From contig CAXHJY010000279.1 in NCBI GenBank assembly GCA_964016885.1, positions 125,510 through 189,509 on the forward strand: a stretch of 64,000 bases of DNA, read 5' to 3'. Below the pieces are notes generated by a model. The model searched no databases, had not been told where the DNA came from, and saw only the letters and a program-made list of their open reading frames with translations. The position numbers were made by a program, and so were the translations under genes. Position 1 is the first letter of the stretch. Each line of letters opens with the position of its first letter. This DNA comes from Eledone cirrhosa. Its lineage: Eukaryota. Shown here piece by piece: positions 36,001-51,000 of the stretch.

Positions 36001-39000
36001 AATGAAAGAGTGGTTGTATGAATGAAGGAGTGGTTGTGTGAATGAAGGAGTGGTTGTGTGAATGAAGGAGTCGTTGTGTGAAGGAGTGGTTGTGTGAATG
36101 AAGGAATGGTTGTGTGAATGAAGGAGTGATTGTGTGAACGAAGGAGTGGTTGTGTGAATGAAGGAGTGGTTGTGTGAATGAAGGAGTGGTTGTGTGAATG
36201 AAGGAGTGGTTGTGTGAATGAAGAAATGGTTGTGTGAACGAAGGAGTGGTTGTGTGAAAGAAGGAGTGGTTGTGTGAATAAAGGAATGGTTGTGTGAATG
36301 AAGGAGTGGTTGAGAACGAAGGAGTGGTTGTGTGAATGAAGGAATGGTTGTGTGAATGAAAGAGTGGTTGTGTGAATGAAGGAATGGTTGTGTGAATGAA
36401 GGAGTGGTTGTGTGAATGAAGGAATGGTTGTGTGAACGAAGGAATGGTTGTGTGAACGAAGGAGTGGTTGTGTGAACGAAGGAGTGGTTGTGTGAATGAA
36501 GGAGTGGTTGTGTGAATGAAGGAGTGGTTGTGTGAATGAAGGAGTGGTTGTGTGAATGAAGGAGTGGTTGTGTGAATGAAGGCGTGGTTGTGTGAATGAA
36601 GGAATGGTTGTGTGAATGAAGGAGTGGTTGTGTGAATGAATGAATGGTTGTGTGAATGAAGAAATGGTTGTGTGAAAGAAAGAATGGTTATGTGAATGAA
36701 GGAGTGGTTGTGTGAATGAAGGAGTGGTTGTGTGAATGAAGGAGTGGTTATGTGAATGAAGGAGTGGTTGTGTGAATGAAGGAGTGGTTGTGTGAATGAA
36801 GGAGTGGTGTGAATGAAGGAATGGTTGTGTGAATGAAAGAGTGGTTGTGTGAATGAAGGATTGGTTATGTGAATGAAGGAGTGGTTGTGTGAATGAAGGA
36901 GTGGTTGTGTGAATGAAGGAGTGGTTGTGTGAATGAAGGAGTGGTTGTGTGAATGAAAGAGTGGTTGTGTGAATGAAGGATTGGTTATGTGAATGAAGGA
37001 GTGGTGTGAATGAAGGAATGGTTGTGTGAATGAAGGAGTGGTTTTGTGAATGAAGGAGTGGTTGTGTGAATGAAGCAATGGTTGTGTCAATGAAGGAGTG
37101 GTTGTGTGAATGAAGGAATGGTTGTGTGAACGAAGGAATGGTTGTGTGAACGAAGGAGTGGTTGTGTGAATGAAGGAGTGGTTGTGTGAATGAAGGCGTG
37201 GTTGTGTGAATGAAGGAATGGTTGTGTGAATGAAGGAATGGTTGTGTGAATGAAGGAGTGGTTGTGTGAATGAATGAATGGTTGTGTGAATGAAGAAATG
37301 GTTGTGTGAAAGAAAGAATGGTTATGTGAATGAAGGAGTGGTTGTGTGAATGAAGGAGTGGTTGTGTGAATGAAGGAGTGGTTATGTGAATGAAGGAGTG
37401 GGTGTGTGAGTGAAGGAGTGGTTGTGTGAATGAAGGAATGGCTGTGTGAATGAAGGAGTGGTTGTGTGAATGAAGGAGTGGTTGTGTGAATGAAGGAGTG
37501 GTTGTGTGAATGAAGGAGTGGTTGTGTGAATGAAGGAGTGGTTGTGTGAATGAAGAAGTGGTTGTGTGAACGAAGGAATGGTTGTGAGAACGAAGGAATG
37601 GTTGTGAGAACGAAGGAGAGGTTGTGTGAATGAAGGAGTGGTTGTGTGAATGAAGGAGTGGTTGTATGAATGAAGGAGTGGTTGTGTGAATGAAGGAATG
37701 ATTGTGTGAATGGTGTGGTTGTGTAAATGAAAGAGTGGTTGTGTGAATGAAGGGGTGGTTGTGTGAATGAAAGAATGGTTGTGTGAATGAAAGAGTGGTT
37801 GTCTGAATGAAGGAATGGTTGTGAGAACGAAGGGGTGGTTGTGAGAACGAAGGAGTGGTTGTGTGAATGAAGGAATGTTTGTGTGAACGAAGGAGTGGTT
37901 GTGTGAATGAAAGAGTGGTTGTGTGAATGAAAGAGTGGTTGTATGAATGAAGAGTGGTTGTGTGAATGAAGGAGTGGTTGTGTGAATGAAGGAGTCGTTG
38001 TGTGAACGAAGGAGTGGTTGTGTGAATGAAGGAATGGTTGTGTGAATGAAGGAGTGGTTGTGTGAACGAAGGAGTGGTTGTGTGAATGAAGGAGTGGTTG
38101 TGTGAATGAAGGAGTGGTTGTGTGAATGAAGAAATGGTTGTGTGAACGAAGGAGTGGTTATGTGAAAGAAGGAGTGGTTGTGTGAAAGAAGGAGTGGTTG
38201 TGTGAATGAAGGAGTGGTTGTGTGAATGAAGGAATGGTTGTGTGAATGACGGAGTGGTTGTGTGAATGAAGGAGTGGTTGTGTGAATAAAGGAATGGTTG
38301 TGTGAATGAAGGAGTGGTTGAGAACGAAGGAGTGGTTGTGTGAATTAAGGAATGGTTGTGTGAATGAAAGAGTGGTTGTGTGAATGAAGGAGTGGTTGTG
38401 TGAATGAAGGAATGGTTGTGTGAACGAAGGAATGGTTGTGTGAACGAAGGAGTGGTTGTGTGAATGAAGGAGTGGTTGTGTGAATGAAGGAGTGGTTGTG
38501 TGAATGAAGGCGTGGTTGTGTGAATGAAGGAATGGTTGTGTGAATGAAGGAATGGTTGTGTGAATGAAGGAGTGGTTGTGTGAATGAATGAATGGTTGTG
38601 TGAATGAAGAAATGGTTGTGTGAAAGAAAGAATGGTTATGTGAATGAAGGAGTGGTTGTGTGAATGAAGGAGTGGTTGTGTGAATGAAGGAGTGGTTATG
38701 TGAATGAAGGAGTGGTTGTGTGAGTGAAGGAGTGGTTGTGTGAATGAAGGAATGGTTGTGTGAATGAAGGAGTGGTTGTGTGAATGAAGGAGTGGTTGTG
38801 TGAATGAAGGAGTGGTTGTGTGAATGAAGGAGTGGTTGTGTGAATGAAGGAGTGGTTGTGTGAATGAAGGAGTGGTTGTGTGAATGAAGGAGTGGTTGTG
38901 TGAATGAAGGAATGGTTGTGTGAATGAAAGAGTGGTTGTGTGAATGAAGGAGTGGTTGTGTGAATGAAGGAGTGGTGTGAATGAAGGAATAGTTGTGTGA

Positions 39001-42000
39001 ATGAAAGAGTGGTTGTGTGAATGAAGGATTGGTTATGTGAATGAAGGAGTGGTTGTGTGAATGAAGGAATGGTTGTGTGAATGAAGGAGTGGTTGTGTGA
39101 ATGAAAGAGTGGTTGTGTGAATGAAGGATTGGTTATGTGAATGAAGGGGTGGTGTGAATGAAGGAATGGTTGTGTGAATGAAGGAGTGGTTTTGTGAATG
39201 AAGGAGTGGTTGTGTGAATGAAGCAATGGTTGTGTCAATGAAGGAATGGTTGTGTGAATGAAGGAATGGTTGTGTGAACGAAGGAATAGTTGTGTGAACG
39301 AAGGAGTGGTTGTGTGAATGAAGGAGTGGTTGTGTGAATGAAGGAGTGGTTGTGTGAATGAAGGCGTGGTTGTGTGAATGAAGGAATGGTTGTGTGAAGG
39401 AAGGAGTGGTTGTGTGAATGAAGGAGTGGTTGTGTGAATGGTGGAATGGTTGTGTGAATGAAGGAGTGGTTGTGTGAATGAAGGAGTGGTTGTGTGAATG
39501 AAGGAATGGTTGTGTGAATGAAGGAATGGTTGTGTGAATGAAAGAGTGGTTGTGTGAATGAAAGAGTAATTGTGTGAATGAAGGAGTGGTTGTGTGAATG
39601 AAGGAATGATAGTGTGAAGGAAGGAATGGTTGTGAGAACGAAGGAATGGTTGTGAGAACGAAGGAATGGTTGTGTGAACGAAGGAATGGTTGTGTGAATG
39701 AAGGAATGGTTGTGTGAATGAAGGAATGGTTGTGTGAATGAAGGAATGGTTGTGTGAATGAAAGAGTGGTTGTGTGAATGAAGGAGTGGTTGTGTGAATG
39801 AAGGAGTGGTTGTGTGAATGAAGGAGGTGTTGTGTGAATGAAGGAGTGGTTGTGAGAATGAAGGAGTGGTTGTGAGAACGAAGGAGTGTTTGTGAGAACG
39901 GAGTGGTTGTGTGAACGAAGGAGTGGTTGTGTGAATGAAGGGGTGATTGTGTGAATGAAGAAGTGGTTGTGTGAATGAAGGAGTGGTTGTGTGAATGAAG
40001 GAGTGGTTGTGTGAATGAAGGAATTGTTGTGTGAATGAAGGAGTGGTTGTGTGAATGAAGGAGTGGTTGTGTGAATGAAGGAGTGGTTGTGTGAATGAAG
40101 GAGTGGTTGTGTGAATGAAGGAGTGGTTGTGTGAATGGTGGAATGGTTGTGTGAATGAAGGAGTGGTTGTGTGAATGAAGGAGAGGTTGTGTGAATGAAG
40201 GAATGGTTGTGTGAATGAAGGAATGGTTGTGTGAATGAAAGAGTGGTTGTGTGAATGAAAGAGTAATTGTGTGAATGAAGGAGTGGTTGTGTGAATGAAG
40301 GAATGATAGTGTGAATGAAGGAATGGTTGTGAGAACGAAGGAATGGTTGTGAGAACGAAGGAATGGTTGTGTGAATGAAGGAATGGTTGTGTGAATGAAG
40401 GAATGGTTGTGTGAATGAAGGAGTGGTTGTGTGAATGAAGGAGTGGTTGTGTGAATGAAGGAGTGGTTGTGTGAATGAAGGAGGTGTTGTGTGAATGAAG
40501 GAGTGGTTGTGAGAATGAAGGAGTGGTTGTGAGAACGGAGTGGTTGTGAGAACGGAGTGGTTGTGTGAACGAAGGAGTGGTTGTGTGAATGAAGGAGTGA
40601 TTGTGTGAATGAAGAAGTGGTTGTGTGAATGAAGGAGTGGTTGTGTTAATGAAGGAGTGGTTGTGTGAATGAAGGAATTGTTGTGTGAATGAAGGAGTGG
40701 TTGTGTGAATGAAGGAGTGGTTGTGTGAACGAAGGAATGGTTGTGTGAATGAAAGAGTGGTTGTGTGAATGAAAGAGTGGTTGTGTGAATGAAAGAGTGG
40801 TTGTGTGAATGAAGGAGTGGTTGTGTGAATGAAGGAGTGGTTGTGTGAATGAAGGAGTGGTTGTGTGAATGAAGGAGTGGTTGTGTGAATGAAAGAGTGG
40901 TTGTGTGAATGAAAGAGTGGTTGTGTGAATGAAAGAGTGGTTGTGTGAATGAAAGAGTGGTTGTGTGAATGAAGGAGTGGTTGTGTGAATGAAGGAAAGG
41001 TTGTGTGAATGAAAGAGTGTTTGTGTGAATGAAAGAGTCTTGTGTGAATGGAGGAGTGGTTGTGTGAACGAAGGAGTGGTTGTGTGAACGAAAGAATGGT
41101 TGTGTGAATGAAGGAGTGGTTGTGTGAATGAAAGTGTGGTTGTGTGAATGAAGGAGTGGTTGTGTGAATGAAGGAATGGTTGTGTGAATGAAAGAGTGGT
41201 TGTGTGAATGAAAGAGTGGTTGTGTGAATGAAGGAATAGTTGTGTGAATGATGGAATGGTAGTGTGAATGAAGGAGTGGTTGTGTGAATGAAGGAGAGGT
41301 TGTGTGAATGAAGGAATGGTTGTGTGAATGAAGGAGTGGTTGTGTGAATGAAGGAGTGGTTGTGTGAATGAGGGAGTGGTTGTGAGAACGAAGAAATGGT
41401 TGTGTGAACGAAGGAATGGTTGTGAGAACGAAGGAATGGTTGTGAGAACGAAGGAGTGGTTGTGTGAATGAAGGAGTGGTTGTGTGAATGAAGGAATGGT
41501 TGTGTGAATGAAGGGGTGGTTGTGTGAATGAAAGAGTGGTTGTCTGAATGAAGGAATGGTTGTGAGAACGAAGGGGTGGTTGTGAGAACGGAGTGGTTGT
41601 GTGAATGAAGGAATGGTTGTGTGAACGAAGGAGTGGTTGTGTGAATGAAGGAATGCTTGTGTGAATGAAAGAGTGGTTGTGTGAATGAAAGAGTGGTTGT
41701 ATGAATGAAGGAGTGGTTGTGTGAATGAAGGAGTGGTTGTGTGAATGAATGAGTCGTTGTGTGAACGAAGGAGTGGTTGTGTGAATGAAGGAATGGTTGT
41801 GTGAATGAAGGAGTGGTTGTGTGAATGAAGGAGTGGTTGTGTGAATGAAGGAATGGTTGTGTGAATGAAGGAGTGGTTGTGTGAATGAAAGAGTGGTTGT
41901 GTGAATGAAAGAGTGGTTGTGTGAATGAAGGAGTGGTTGTGTGAATGACGGAGTGGTTGTGTGAATGAAGGAATGGTTGTGTGAATGAAAGAGTGTTTGT

Positions 42001-45000
42001 GTGAATGAAAGAGTCTTGTGTGAATGGAGGAGTGGTTGTGTGAACGAAGGAGTGGTTGTGTGAACGAAAGAATGGTTGTGTGAATGAAGGAGTGGTTGTG
42101 TGAATGAAGGAATGGTTGTGTGAATGAAGGACTGGTTGTGTGAATGAAAGAGTGGTTGTGTGAATGAAAGAGTGGTTGTGTGAATGAAGGAATAGTTGTG
42201 TGAATGAAGGAATGGTTGTGTGAATGAAAGAGTGGTTGTGTGAATGAAGGAGTGGTTGTGTGAATGAAGGAGTGGTTGTGTGAATGAAGGAATGGTTGTG
42301 TGATTGAAGGAATGCTAGTGTGAATGAAGGAGTGGTTGTGTGAATGAAGGAGTGGTTGTGTGAATGAAGGAGTGGTTGTGTGAATGAAGGAGTGGTTGTG
42401 AGAACAAAGAAGTGGTTGTGTGAACGAAGGAATGGTTGTGAGAACAAAGGAATGGTTGTGAGAACGAAGGAGTGGTTGTGTGAATGAAGGAGTGGTTGTG
42501 TGAATGAAGGAGTGGTTGTATGAATGAAGGAGTGGTTGTGTGAATGAAGGAATGGTTGTGTAAATGGTGTGGTTGTGTAAATGAAAGAGTGGTTGTGTGA
42601 ATGAAGGGGTGGTTGTGTGAATGAAAGAATGGTTGTGTGAATGAAAGAGTGGTTGTCTGAATGAAGGAATGGTTGTGAGAACGAAGGGGTGGTTGTGAGA
42701 ACGAAGGAGTGGTTGTGTGAATGAAGGAATGGTTGTGTGAACGAAGGAGTGGTTGTGTGAATGAAGGAATGCTTGTGTGAATGAAAGAGTGGTTGTGTGA
42801 ATGAAAGAGTGGTTGTATGAATGAAGGAGTGGTTGTGTGAATGAAGGAGTGGTTGTGTGAATGAAGGAGTCGTTGTGTGAACGAAGGAGTGGTTGTGTGA
42901 ATGAAGGAATGGTTGTGTGAATGAAGGAGTGGTTGTGTGAACGAAGGAGTGGTTGTGTGAATGAAGGAGTGGTTGTGTGAATGAAGGAGTGGTTGTGTGA
43001 ATGAAGGAGTGGTTGTGTGAATGAAGAAATGGTTGTGTGAACGAAGGAGTGGTTGTGTGAAAGAAGGAGTGGTTGTGTGAATAAAGGAATGGTTGTGTGA
43101 ATGAACGAGTGGTTGAGAACGAAGGAGTGGTTGTGTGAATGAAGGAATGGTTGTGTGAATGAAAGAGTGGTTGTGTGAATGAAGGAATGGTTGTGTGAAT
43201 GAAGGAGTGGTTGTGTGAATGAAGGAATGGTTGTGTGAACGAAGGAATGGTTGTGTGAACGAAGGAGTGGTTGTGTGAACGAAGGAGTGGTTGTGTGAAT
43301 GAAGGAGTGGTTGTGTGAATGAAGGAGTGGTTGTGTGAATGAAGGAGTGGTTGTGTGAATGAAGGCGTGGTTGTGTGAATGAAGGAATGGTTGTGTGAAT
43401 GAAGGAGTGGTTGTGTGAATGAAGGAGTGGTTGTGTGAATGAATGAATGGTTGTGTGAATGAAGAAATGGTTGTGTGAAAGAAAGAATGGTTATGTGAAT
43501 GAAGGAGTGGTTGTGTGAATGAAGGAGTGGTTGTGTGAATGAAGGAGTGGTTATGTGAATGAAGGAGTGGTTGTGTGAATGAATGAGTTTTTGTGTGAAT
43601 GAAGGAGTGGTTGTGTGAATGAAGGAGTGGTGTGAATGAAGGAATGGTTGTGTGAATGAAAGAGTAGTTGTGTGAATGAAGGAGTGGTTGTGTGAATGAA
43701 GGAGTGGTTGTGTGAATGAAGGAATGGTTGTGTGAATGAAGGAGTGGTTGTGTGAATGAAGGAGTGGTTGTGTGAATGAAAGAGTGGTTGTGTGAATGAA
43801 GGATTGGTTATGTGAATGAAGGAGTGGTGTGAATGAAGGAATGGTTGTGTGAATGAAGGAGTGGTTTTGTGAATGAAGGAGTGGTTGTGTGAATGAAGCA
43901 ATGGTTGTGTCAATGAAGGAGTGGTTGTGTGAATGAAGGAATGGTTGTGTGAATGAAAGAGTGGTTGTGTGAATGAAAGAGTGGTTGTGTGAATGAAGGA
44001 ATAGTTGTGTGAATGAAGGAATGGTTGTGTGAATGAAAGAGTGGTTGTGTGAATGAAGGATTGGTTGTGTGAATGAAGGAGTGGTTGTGTGAATGAAGGA
44101 GTGGTTGTGTGAATGAAGGAATGGTTGTGTGATTGAAGGAATGCTAGTGTGAATGAAGGAGTGGTTGTGTGAATGAAGGAGTGGTTGTGTGAATGAAGGA
44201 GTGGTTGTGTGAATGAAGGAGTGGTTGTGAGAACGAAGAAGTGGTTGTGTCAACGAAGGAATGGTTGTGAGAACAAAGGAATGGTTGTGAGAACGAAGGA
44301 GTGGTTGTGTGAATTAAGGAGTGGTTGTGTGAATGAAGGAGTGGTTGTATGAATGAAGGAGTGGTTGTGTGAATGAAGGAATGGTTGTGTGAATGGTGTG
44401 GTTGTGTAAATGAAAGAGTGGTTGTGTGAATGAAGGGGTGGTTGTGTGAATGAAAGAATGGTTGTGTGAATGAAAGAGTGGTTGTCTGAATGAAGGAATG
44501 GTTGTGAGAACGAAGGGGTGGTTGTGAGAACGAAGGAGTGGTTGTGTGAATGAAGGAATGGTTGTGTGAACGAAGGAGTGGTTGTGTGAATGAAGGAATG
44601 CTTGTGTGAATGAAAGAGTGGTTGTGTGAATGAAAGAGTGGTTTTATGAATGAAGGAGTGGTTGTGTGAATGAAGGAGTGGTTGTGTGAATGAAGGAGTC
44701 GTTGTGTGAACGAAGGAGTGGTTGTGTGAATGAAGGAATGGTTGTGTGAATGAAGGAGTGGTTGTGTGAATGAAGGAGTGGTTGTGTGAATGAAGGAGTG
44801 GTTGTGTGAATGAAGGAGTGGTTGTGTGAATGAAGAAATGGTTGTGTGAACGAAGGAGTGGTTTTGTGAAAGAAGGAGAGGTTGTGTGAATAAAGGAATG
44901 GTTATGTGAATGAAGGAGTGGTTGAGAACGAAGGAGTGGTTGTGTGAATGAAGGAGTGGTTGTGTGAATGAAAGAGTGGTTGTGTGAATGAAAGAGTGGT

Positions 45001-48000
45001 TGTGTGAATGAAAGAGTGGTTGTGTGAATGAAAGAGTGGTTGTGTGAATGAAAGAGTGGTTGTGTGAATGAAGGAGTGGTTGTGTGAATGAAGGAAAGGT
45101 TGTGTGAATGAAAGAGTGTTTGTGTGAATGAAAGAGTCTTGTGTGAATGGAGGAGTGGTTGTGTGAACGAAGGAGTGGTTGTGTGAACGAAAGAATGGTT
45201 GTGTGAATGAAGGAGTGGTTGTGTGAATGAAAGTGTGGTTGTGTGAATGAAGGAGTGGTTGTGTGAATGAAGGAATGGTTGTGTGAATGAAAGAGTGGTT
45301 GTGTGAATGAAAGAGTGGTTGTGTGAATGAAGGAATAGTTGTGTGAATGATGGAATGGTAGTGTGAATGAAGGAGTGGTTGTGTGAATGAAGGAGAGGTT
45401 GTGTGAATGAAGGAATGGTTGTGTGAATGAAGGAGTGGTTGTGTGAATGAAGGAGTGGTTGTGTGAATGAGGGAGTGGTTGTGAGAACGAAGAAATGGTT
45501 GTGTGAACGAAGGAATGGTTGTGAGAACGAAGGAATGGTTGTGAGAACGAAGGAGTGGTTGTGTGAATGAAGGAGTGGTTGTGTGAATGAAGGAATGGTT
45601 GTGTGAATGAAGGGGTGGTTGTGTGAATGAAAGAGTGGTTGTCTGAATGAAGGAATGGTTGTGAGAACGAAGGGGTGGTTGTGAGAACGGAGTGGTTGTG
45701 TGAATGAAGGAATGGTTGTGTGAACGAAGGAGTGGTTGTGTGAATGAAGGAATGCTTGTGTGAATGAAAGAGTGGTTGTGTGAATGAAAGAGTGGTTGTA
45801 TGAATGAAGGAGTGGTTGTGTGAATGAAGGAGTGGTTGTGTGAATGAATGAGTCGTTGTGTGAACGAAGGAGTGGTTGTGTGAATGAAGGAATGGTTGTG
45901 TGAATGAAGGAGTGGTTGTGTGAATGAAGGAGTGGTTGTGTGAATGAAGGAATGGTTGTGTGAATGAAGGAGTGGTTGTGTGAATGAAAGAGTGGTTGTG
46001 TGAATGAAAGAGTGGTTGTGTGAATGAAGGAGTGGTTGTGTGAATGACGGAGTGGTTGTGTGAATGAAGGAATGGTTGTGTGAATGAAAGAGTGTTTGTG
46101 TGAATGAAAGAGTCTTGTGTGAATGGAGGAGTGGTTGTGTGAACGAAGGAGTGGTTGTGTGAACGAAAGAATGGTTGTGTGAATGAAGGAGTGGTTGTGT
46201 GAATGAAGGAATGGTTGTGTGAATGAAGGACTGGTTGTGTGAATGAAAGAGTGGTTGTGTGAATGAAAGAGTGGTTGTGTGAATGAAGGAATAGTTGTGT
46301 GAATGAAGGAATGGTTGTGTGAATGAAAGAGTGGTTGTGTGAATGAAGGAGTGGTTGTGTGAATGAAGGAGTGGTTGTGTGAATGAAGGAATGGTTGTGT
46401 GATTGAAGGAATGCTAGTGTGAATGAAGGAGTGGTTGTGTGAATGAAGGAGTGGTTGTGTGAATGAAGGAGTGGTTGTGTGAATGAAGGAGTGGTTGTGA
46501 GAACAAAGAAGTGGTTGTGTGAACGAAGGAATGGTTGTGAGAACAAAGGAATGGTTGTGAGAACGAAGGAGTGGTTGTGTGAATGAAGGAGTGGTTGTGT
46601 GAATGAAGGAGTGGTTGTATGAATGAAGGAGTGGTTGTGTGAATGAAGGAATGGTTGTGTAAATGGTGTGGTTGTGTAAATGAAAGAGTGGTTGTGTGAA
46701 TGAAGGGGTGGTTGTGTGAATGAAAGAATGGTTGTGTGAATGAAAGAGTGGTTGTCTGAATGAAGGAATGGTTGTGAGAACGAAGGGGTGGTTGTGAGAA
46801 CGAAGGAGTGGTTGTGTGAATGAAGGAATGGTTGTGTGAACGAAGGAGTGGTTGTGTGAATGAAGGAATGCTTGTGTGAATGAAAGAGTGGTTGTGTGAA
46901 TGAAAGAGTGGTTGTATGAATGAAGGAGTGGTTGTGTGAATGAAGGAGTGGTTGTGTGAATGAAGGAGTCGTTGTGTGAACGAAGGAGTGGTTGTGTGAA
47001 TGAAGGAATGGTTGTGTGAATGAAGGAGTGGTTGTGTGAACGAAGGAGTGGTTGTGTGAATGAAGGAGTGGTTGTGTGAATGAAGGAGTGGTTGTGTGAA
47101 TGAAGGAGTGGTTGTGTGAATGAAGAAATGGTTGTGTGAACGAAGGAGTGGTTGTGTGAAAGAAGGAGTGGTTGTGTGAATAAAGGAATGGTTGTGTGAA
47201 TGAACGAGTGGTTGAGAACGAAGGAGTGGTTGTGTGAATGAAGGAATGGTTGTGTGAATGAAAGAGTGGTTGTGTGAATGAAGGAATGGTTGTGTGAATG
47301 AAGGAGTGGTTGTGTGAATGAAGGAATGGTTGTGTGAACGAAGGAATGGTTGTGTGAACGAAGGAGTGGTTGTGTGAACGAAGGAGTGGTTGTGTGAATG
47401 AAGGAGTGGTTGTGTGAATGAAGGAGTGGTTGTGTGAATGAAGGAGTGGTTGTGTGAATGAAGGCGTGGTTGTGTGAATGAAGGAATGGTTGTGTGAATG
47501 AAGGAGTGGTTGTGTGAATGAAGGAGTGGTTGTGTGAATGAATGAATGGTTGTGTGAATGAAGAAATGGTTGTGTGAAAGAAAGAATGGTTATGTGAATG
47601 AAGGAGTGGTTGTGTGAATGAAGGAGTGGTTGTGTGAATGAAGGAGTGGTTATGTGAATGAAGGAGTGGTTGTGTGAATGAATGAGTTTTTGTGTGAATG
47701 AAGGAGTGGTTGTGTGAATGAAGGAGTGGTGTGAATGAAGGAATGGTTGTGTGAATGAAAGAGTAGTTGTGTGAATGAAGGAGTGGTTGTGTGAATGAAG
47801 GAGTGGTTGTGTGAATGAAGGAATGGTTGTGTGAATGAAGGAGTGGTTGTGTGAATGAAGGAGTGGTTGTGTGAATGAAAGAGTGGTTGTGTGAATGAAG
47901 GATTGGTTATGTGAATGAAGGAGTGGTGTGAATGAAGGAATGGTTGTGTGAATGAAGGAGTGGTTTTGTGAATGAAGGAGTGGTTGTGTGAATGAAGCAA

Positions 48001-51000
48001 TGGTTGTGTCAATGAAGGAGTGGTTGTGTGAATGAAGGAATGGTTGTGTGAATGAAAGAGTGGTTGTGTGAATGAAAGAGTGGTTGTGTGAATGAAGGAA
48101 TAGTTGTGTGAATGAAGGAATGGTTGTGTGAATGAAAGAGTGGTTGTGTGAATGAAGGATTGGTTGTGTGAATGAAGGAGTGGTTGTGTGAATGAAGGAG
48201 TGGTTGTGTGAATGAAGGAATGGTTGTGTGATTGAAGGAATGCTAGTGTGAATGAAGGAGTGGTTGTGTGAATGAAGGAGTGGTTGTGTGAATGAAGGAG
48301 TGGTTGTGTGAATGAAGGAGTGGTTGTGTGAATGAAGGAGTGGTTGTGTGAATGAAGGAGTGGTTGTGAGAACGAAGAAGTGGTTGTGTCAACGAAGGAA
48401 TGGTTGTGAGAACAAAGGAATGGTTGTGAGAACGAAGGAGTGGTTGTGTGAATTAAGGAGTGGTTGTGTGAATGAAGTAGTGGTTGTATGAATGAAGGAG
48501 TGGTTGTGTGAATGAAGGAATGGTTGTGTGAATGGTGTGGTTGTGTAAATGAAAGAGTGGTTGTGTGAATGAAGGGGTGGTTGTGTGAATGAAAGAATGG
48601 TTGTGTGAATGAAAGAGTGGTTGTCTGAATGAAGGAATGGTTGTGAGAACGAAGGGGTGGTTGTGAGAACGAAGGAGTGGTTGTGTGAATGAAGGAATGG
48701 TTGTGTGAACGAAGGAGTGGTTGTGTGAATGAAGGAATGCTTGTGTGAATGAAAGAGTGGTTGTGTGAATGAAAGAGTGGTTTTATGAATGAAGGAGTGG
48801 TTGTGTGAATGAAGGAGTGGTTGTGTGAATGAAGGAGTCGTTGTGTGAACGAAGGAGTGGTTGTGTGAATGAAGGAATGGTTGTGTGAATGAAGGAGTGG
48901 TTGTGTGAATGAAGGAGTGGTTGTGTGAATGAAGGAGTGGTTGTGTGAATGAAGGAGTGGTTGTGTGAATGAAGAAATGGTTGTGTGAACGAAGGAGTGG
49001 TTTTGTGAAAGAAGGAGAGGTTGTGTGAATAAAGGAATGGTTATGTGAATGAAGGAGTGGTTGAGAACGAAGGAGTGGTTGTGTGAATGAAGGAATGGTT
49101 GTGTGAATGAAAGAGTGGTTGTGTGAATGAAGGAATGGTTGTGTGAATGAAGGAGTGGTTGTGTGAATGAAGGAATGGTTGTGTGAACGAAGGAATGGTT
49201 GTGTGAACGAAGGAGTGGTTGTGTGAATGAAGGAGTGGTTGTGTGAATGAAGGAGTGGTTGTGTGAATGAAGGAGTGGTTGTGTGAATGAAGGCGTGGTT
49301 GTGTGAATGAAGGAATGGTTGTGTGAATGAAGGAATGGTTGTGTGAATGAAGGAGTGGTTGTGTGAATGAAGGAATGGTTGTGTGAATGAAGAAATGGTT
49401 GTGTGAAAGAAAGAATGGTTATGTGAATGAAGGAGTGGTTGTGTGAATGAAGGAGTGGTTGTGTGAATGAAGGAGTGGTTATGTGAATGAAGGATTGGTT
49501 GTGTGAATGAAGGAGTTTTTGTGTGAATGAAGGAGTGGTTGTGTGAATGAAGGAGTGGTGTGAATGAAGGAATGGTTGTGTGAATGAAAGAGTGGTTGTG
49601 TGAATGAAGGATTGGTTATGTGAATGAAGGAATGGTTGTGTGAATGAAGGAATGGTTGTGTGAATGAAGGAGTGGTTGTGTGAATGAAAGAGTGGTTGTG
49701 TGAATGAAGGATTGGTTATGTGAATGAAGGAGTGGTGTGAATGAAGGAATGGTTGTATGAATGAAGGAGTGGTTTTGTGAATGAAGGAGTGGTTGTGTGA
49801 ATGAAGCAATGGTTGTGTCAATGAAGGAGTGGTTGTGTGAATGAAGGAATGGTTGTGTGAACGAAGGAATGGTTGTGTGAACGAAGGAGTGGTTGTGTGA
49901 ATGAAGGAGTGGTTGTGTGAATGAAGGAGTGGTTGTGTGAATGAAGGCGTGGTTGTGTGAATGAAGGAATGGTTGTGTGAATGAAGGAATGGTTGTGTGA
50001 ATGAAGGAGTGGTTGTGTGAATGAATGAATGGTTGTGTGAATGAAGAAATGGTTGTGTGAAAGAAAGAATGGTTATGTGAATGAAGGAGTGGTTGTGTGA
50101 ATGAAGGTGTGGTTGTGTGAATGAAGGAGTGGTTGTGTGAATGAAGGAGTGGTTGTGTGAATGAAAGAGTGGTTGTGTGAATGAAGGATTGGTTATGTGA
50201 ATGAAGGAATGGTTGTGTGAATGAAGGAGTGGTTTTGTGAATGAAGGAGTGGTTGTGTGAATGAAGCAATGGTTGTGTCAATGAAGGAGTGGTTGTGTGA
50301 ATGAAGGAATGGTTGTGTGAACGAAGGAATGGTTGTGTGAACGAAGGAGTGGTTGTGTGAATGAAGGAGTGGTTGTGTGAATGAAGGAGTGGTTGTGTGA
50401 ATGAAGGAGTGGTTGTGTGAATGAAGGAGTGGTTGTGTGAATGAAGAAATGGTTGTGTGAACGAAGGAGTGGTTGTGTGAAAGAAGGAGAGGTTGTGTGA
50501 ATAAAGGAATGGTTGTGTGAATGAAGGAGTGGTTGAGAACGAAGGAGTGGTTGTGTGAATGAAGGAATGGTTGTGTGAATGAAAGAGTGGTTGTGTGAAT
50601 GAAGGAATGGTTGTGTGAATGAAGGAGTGGTTGTGTGAATGAAGGAATGGTTGTGTGAACGAAGGAATGGTTGTGTGAACGAAGGAGTGGTTGTGTGAAT
50701 GAAGGAGTGGTTGTGTGAATGAAGGAGTGGTTGTGTGAATGAAGGAGTGGTTGTGTGAATGAAGGCGTGGTTGTGTGAATGAAGGAATGGTTGTGTGAAT
50801 GAAGGAATGGTTGTGTGAATGAAGGAGTGGTTGTGTGAATGAATGAATGGTTGTGTGAATGAAGAAATGGTTGTGTGAAAGAAAGAATGGTTATGTGAAT
50901 GAAGGATTGGTTGTGAGAAGGAAGGAGTGGTTGTGTGAATGAAGGAGTGGTTATGTGAATGAAGGAGTGGTTGTGTGAATGAAGGAGTTTTTGTGTGAAT

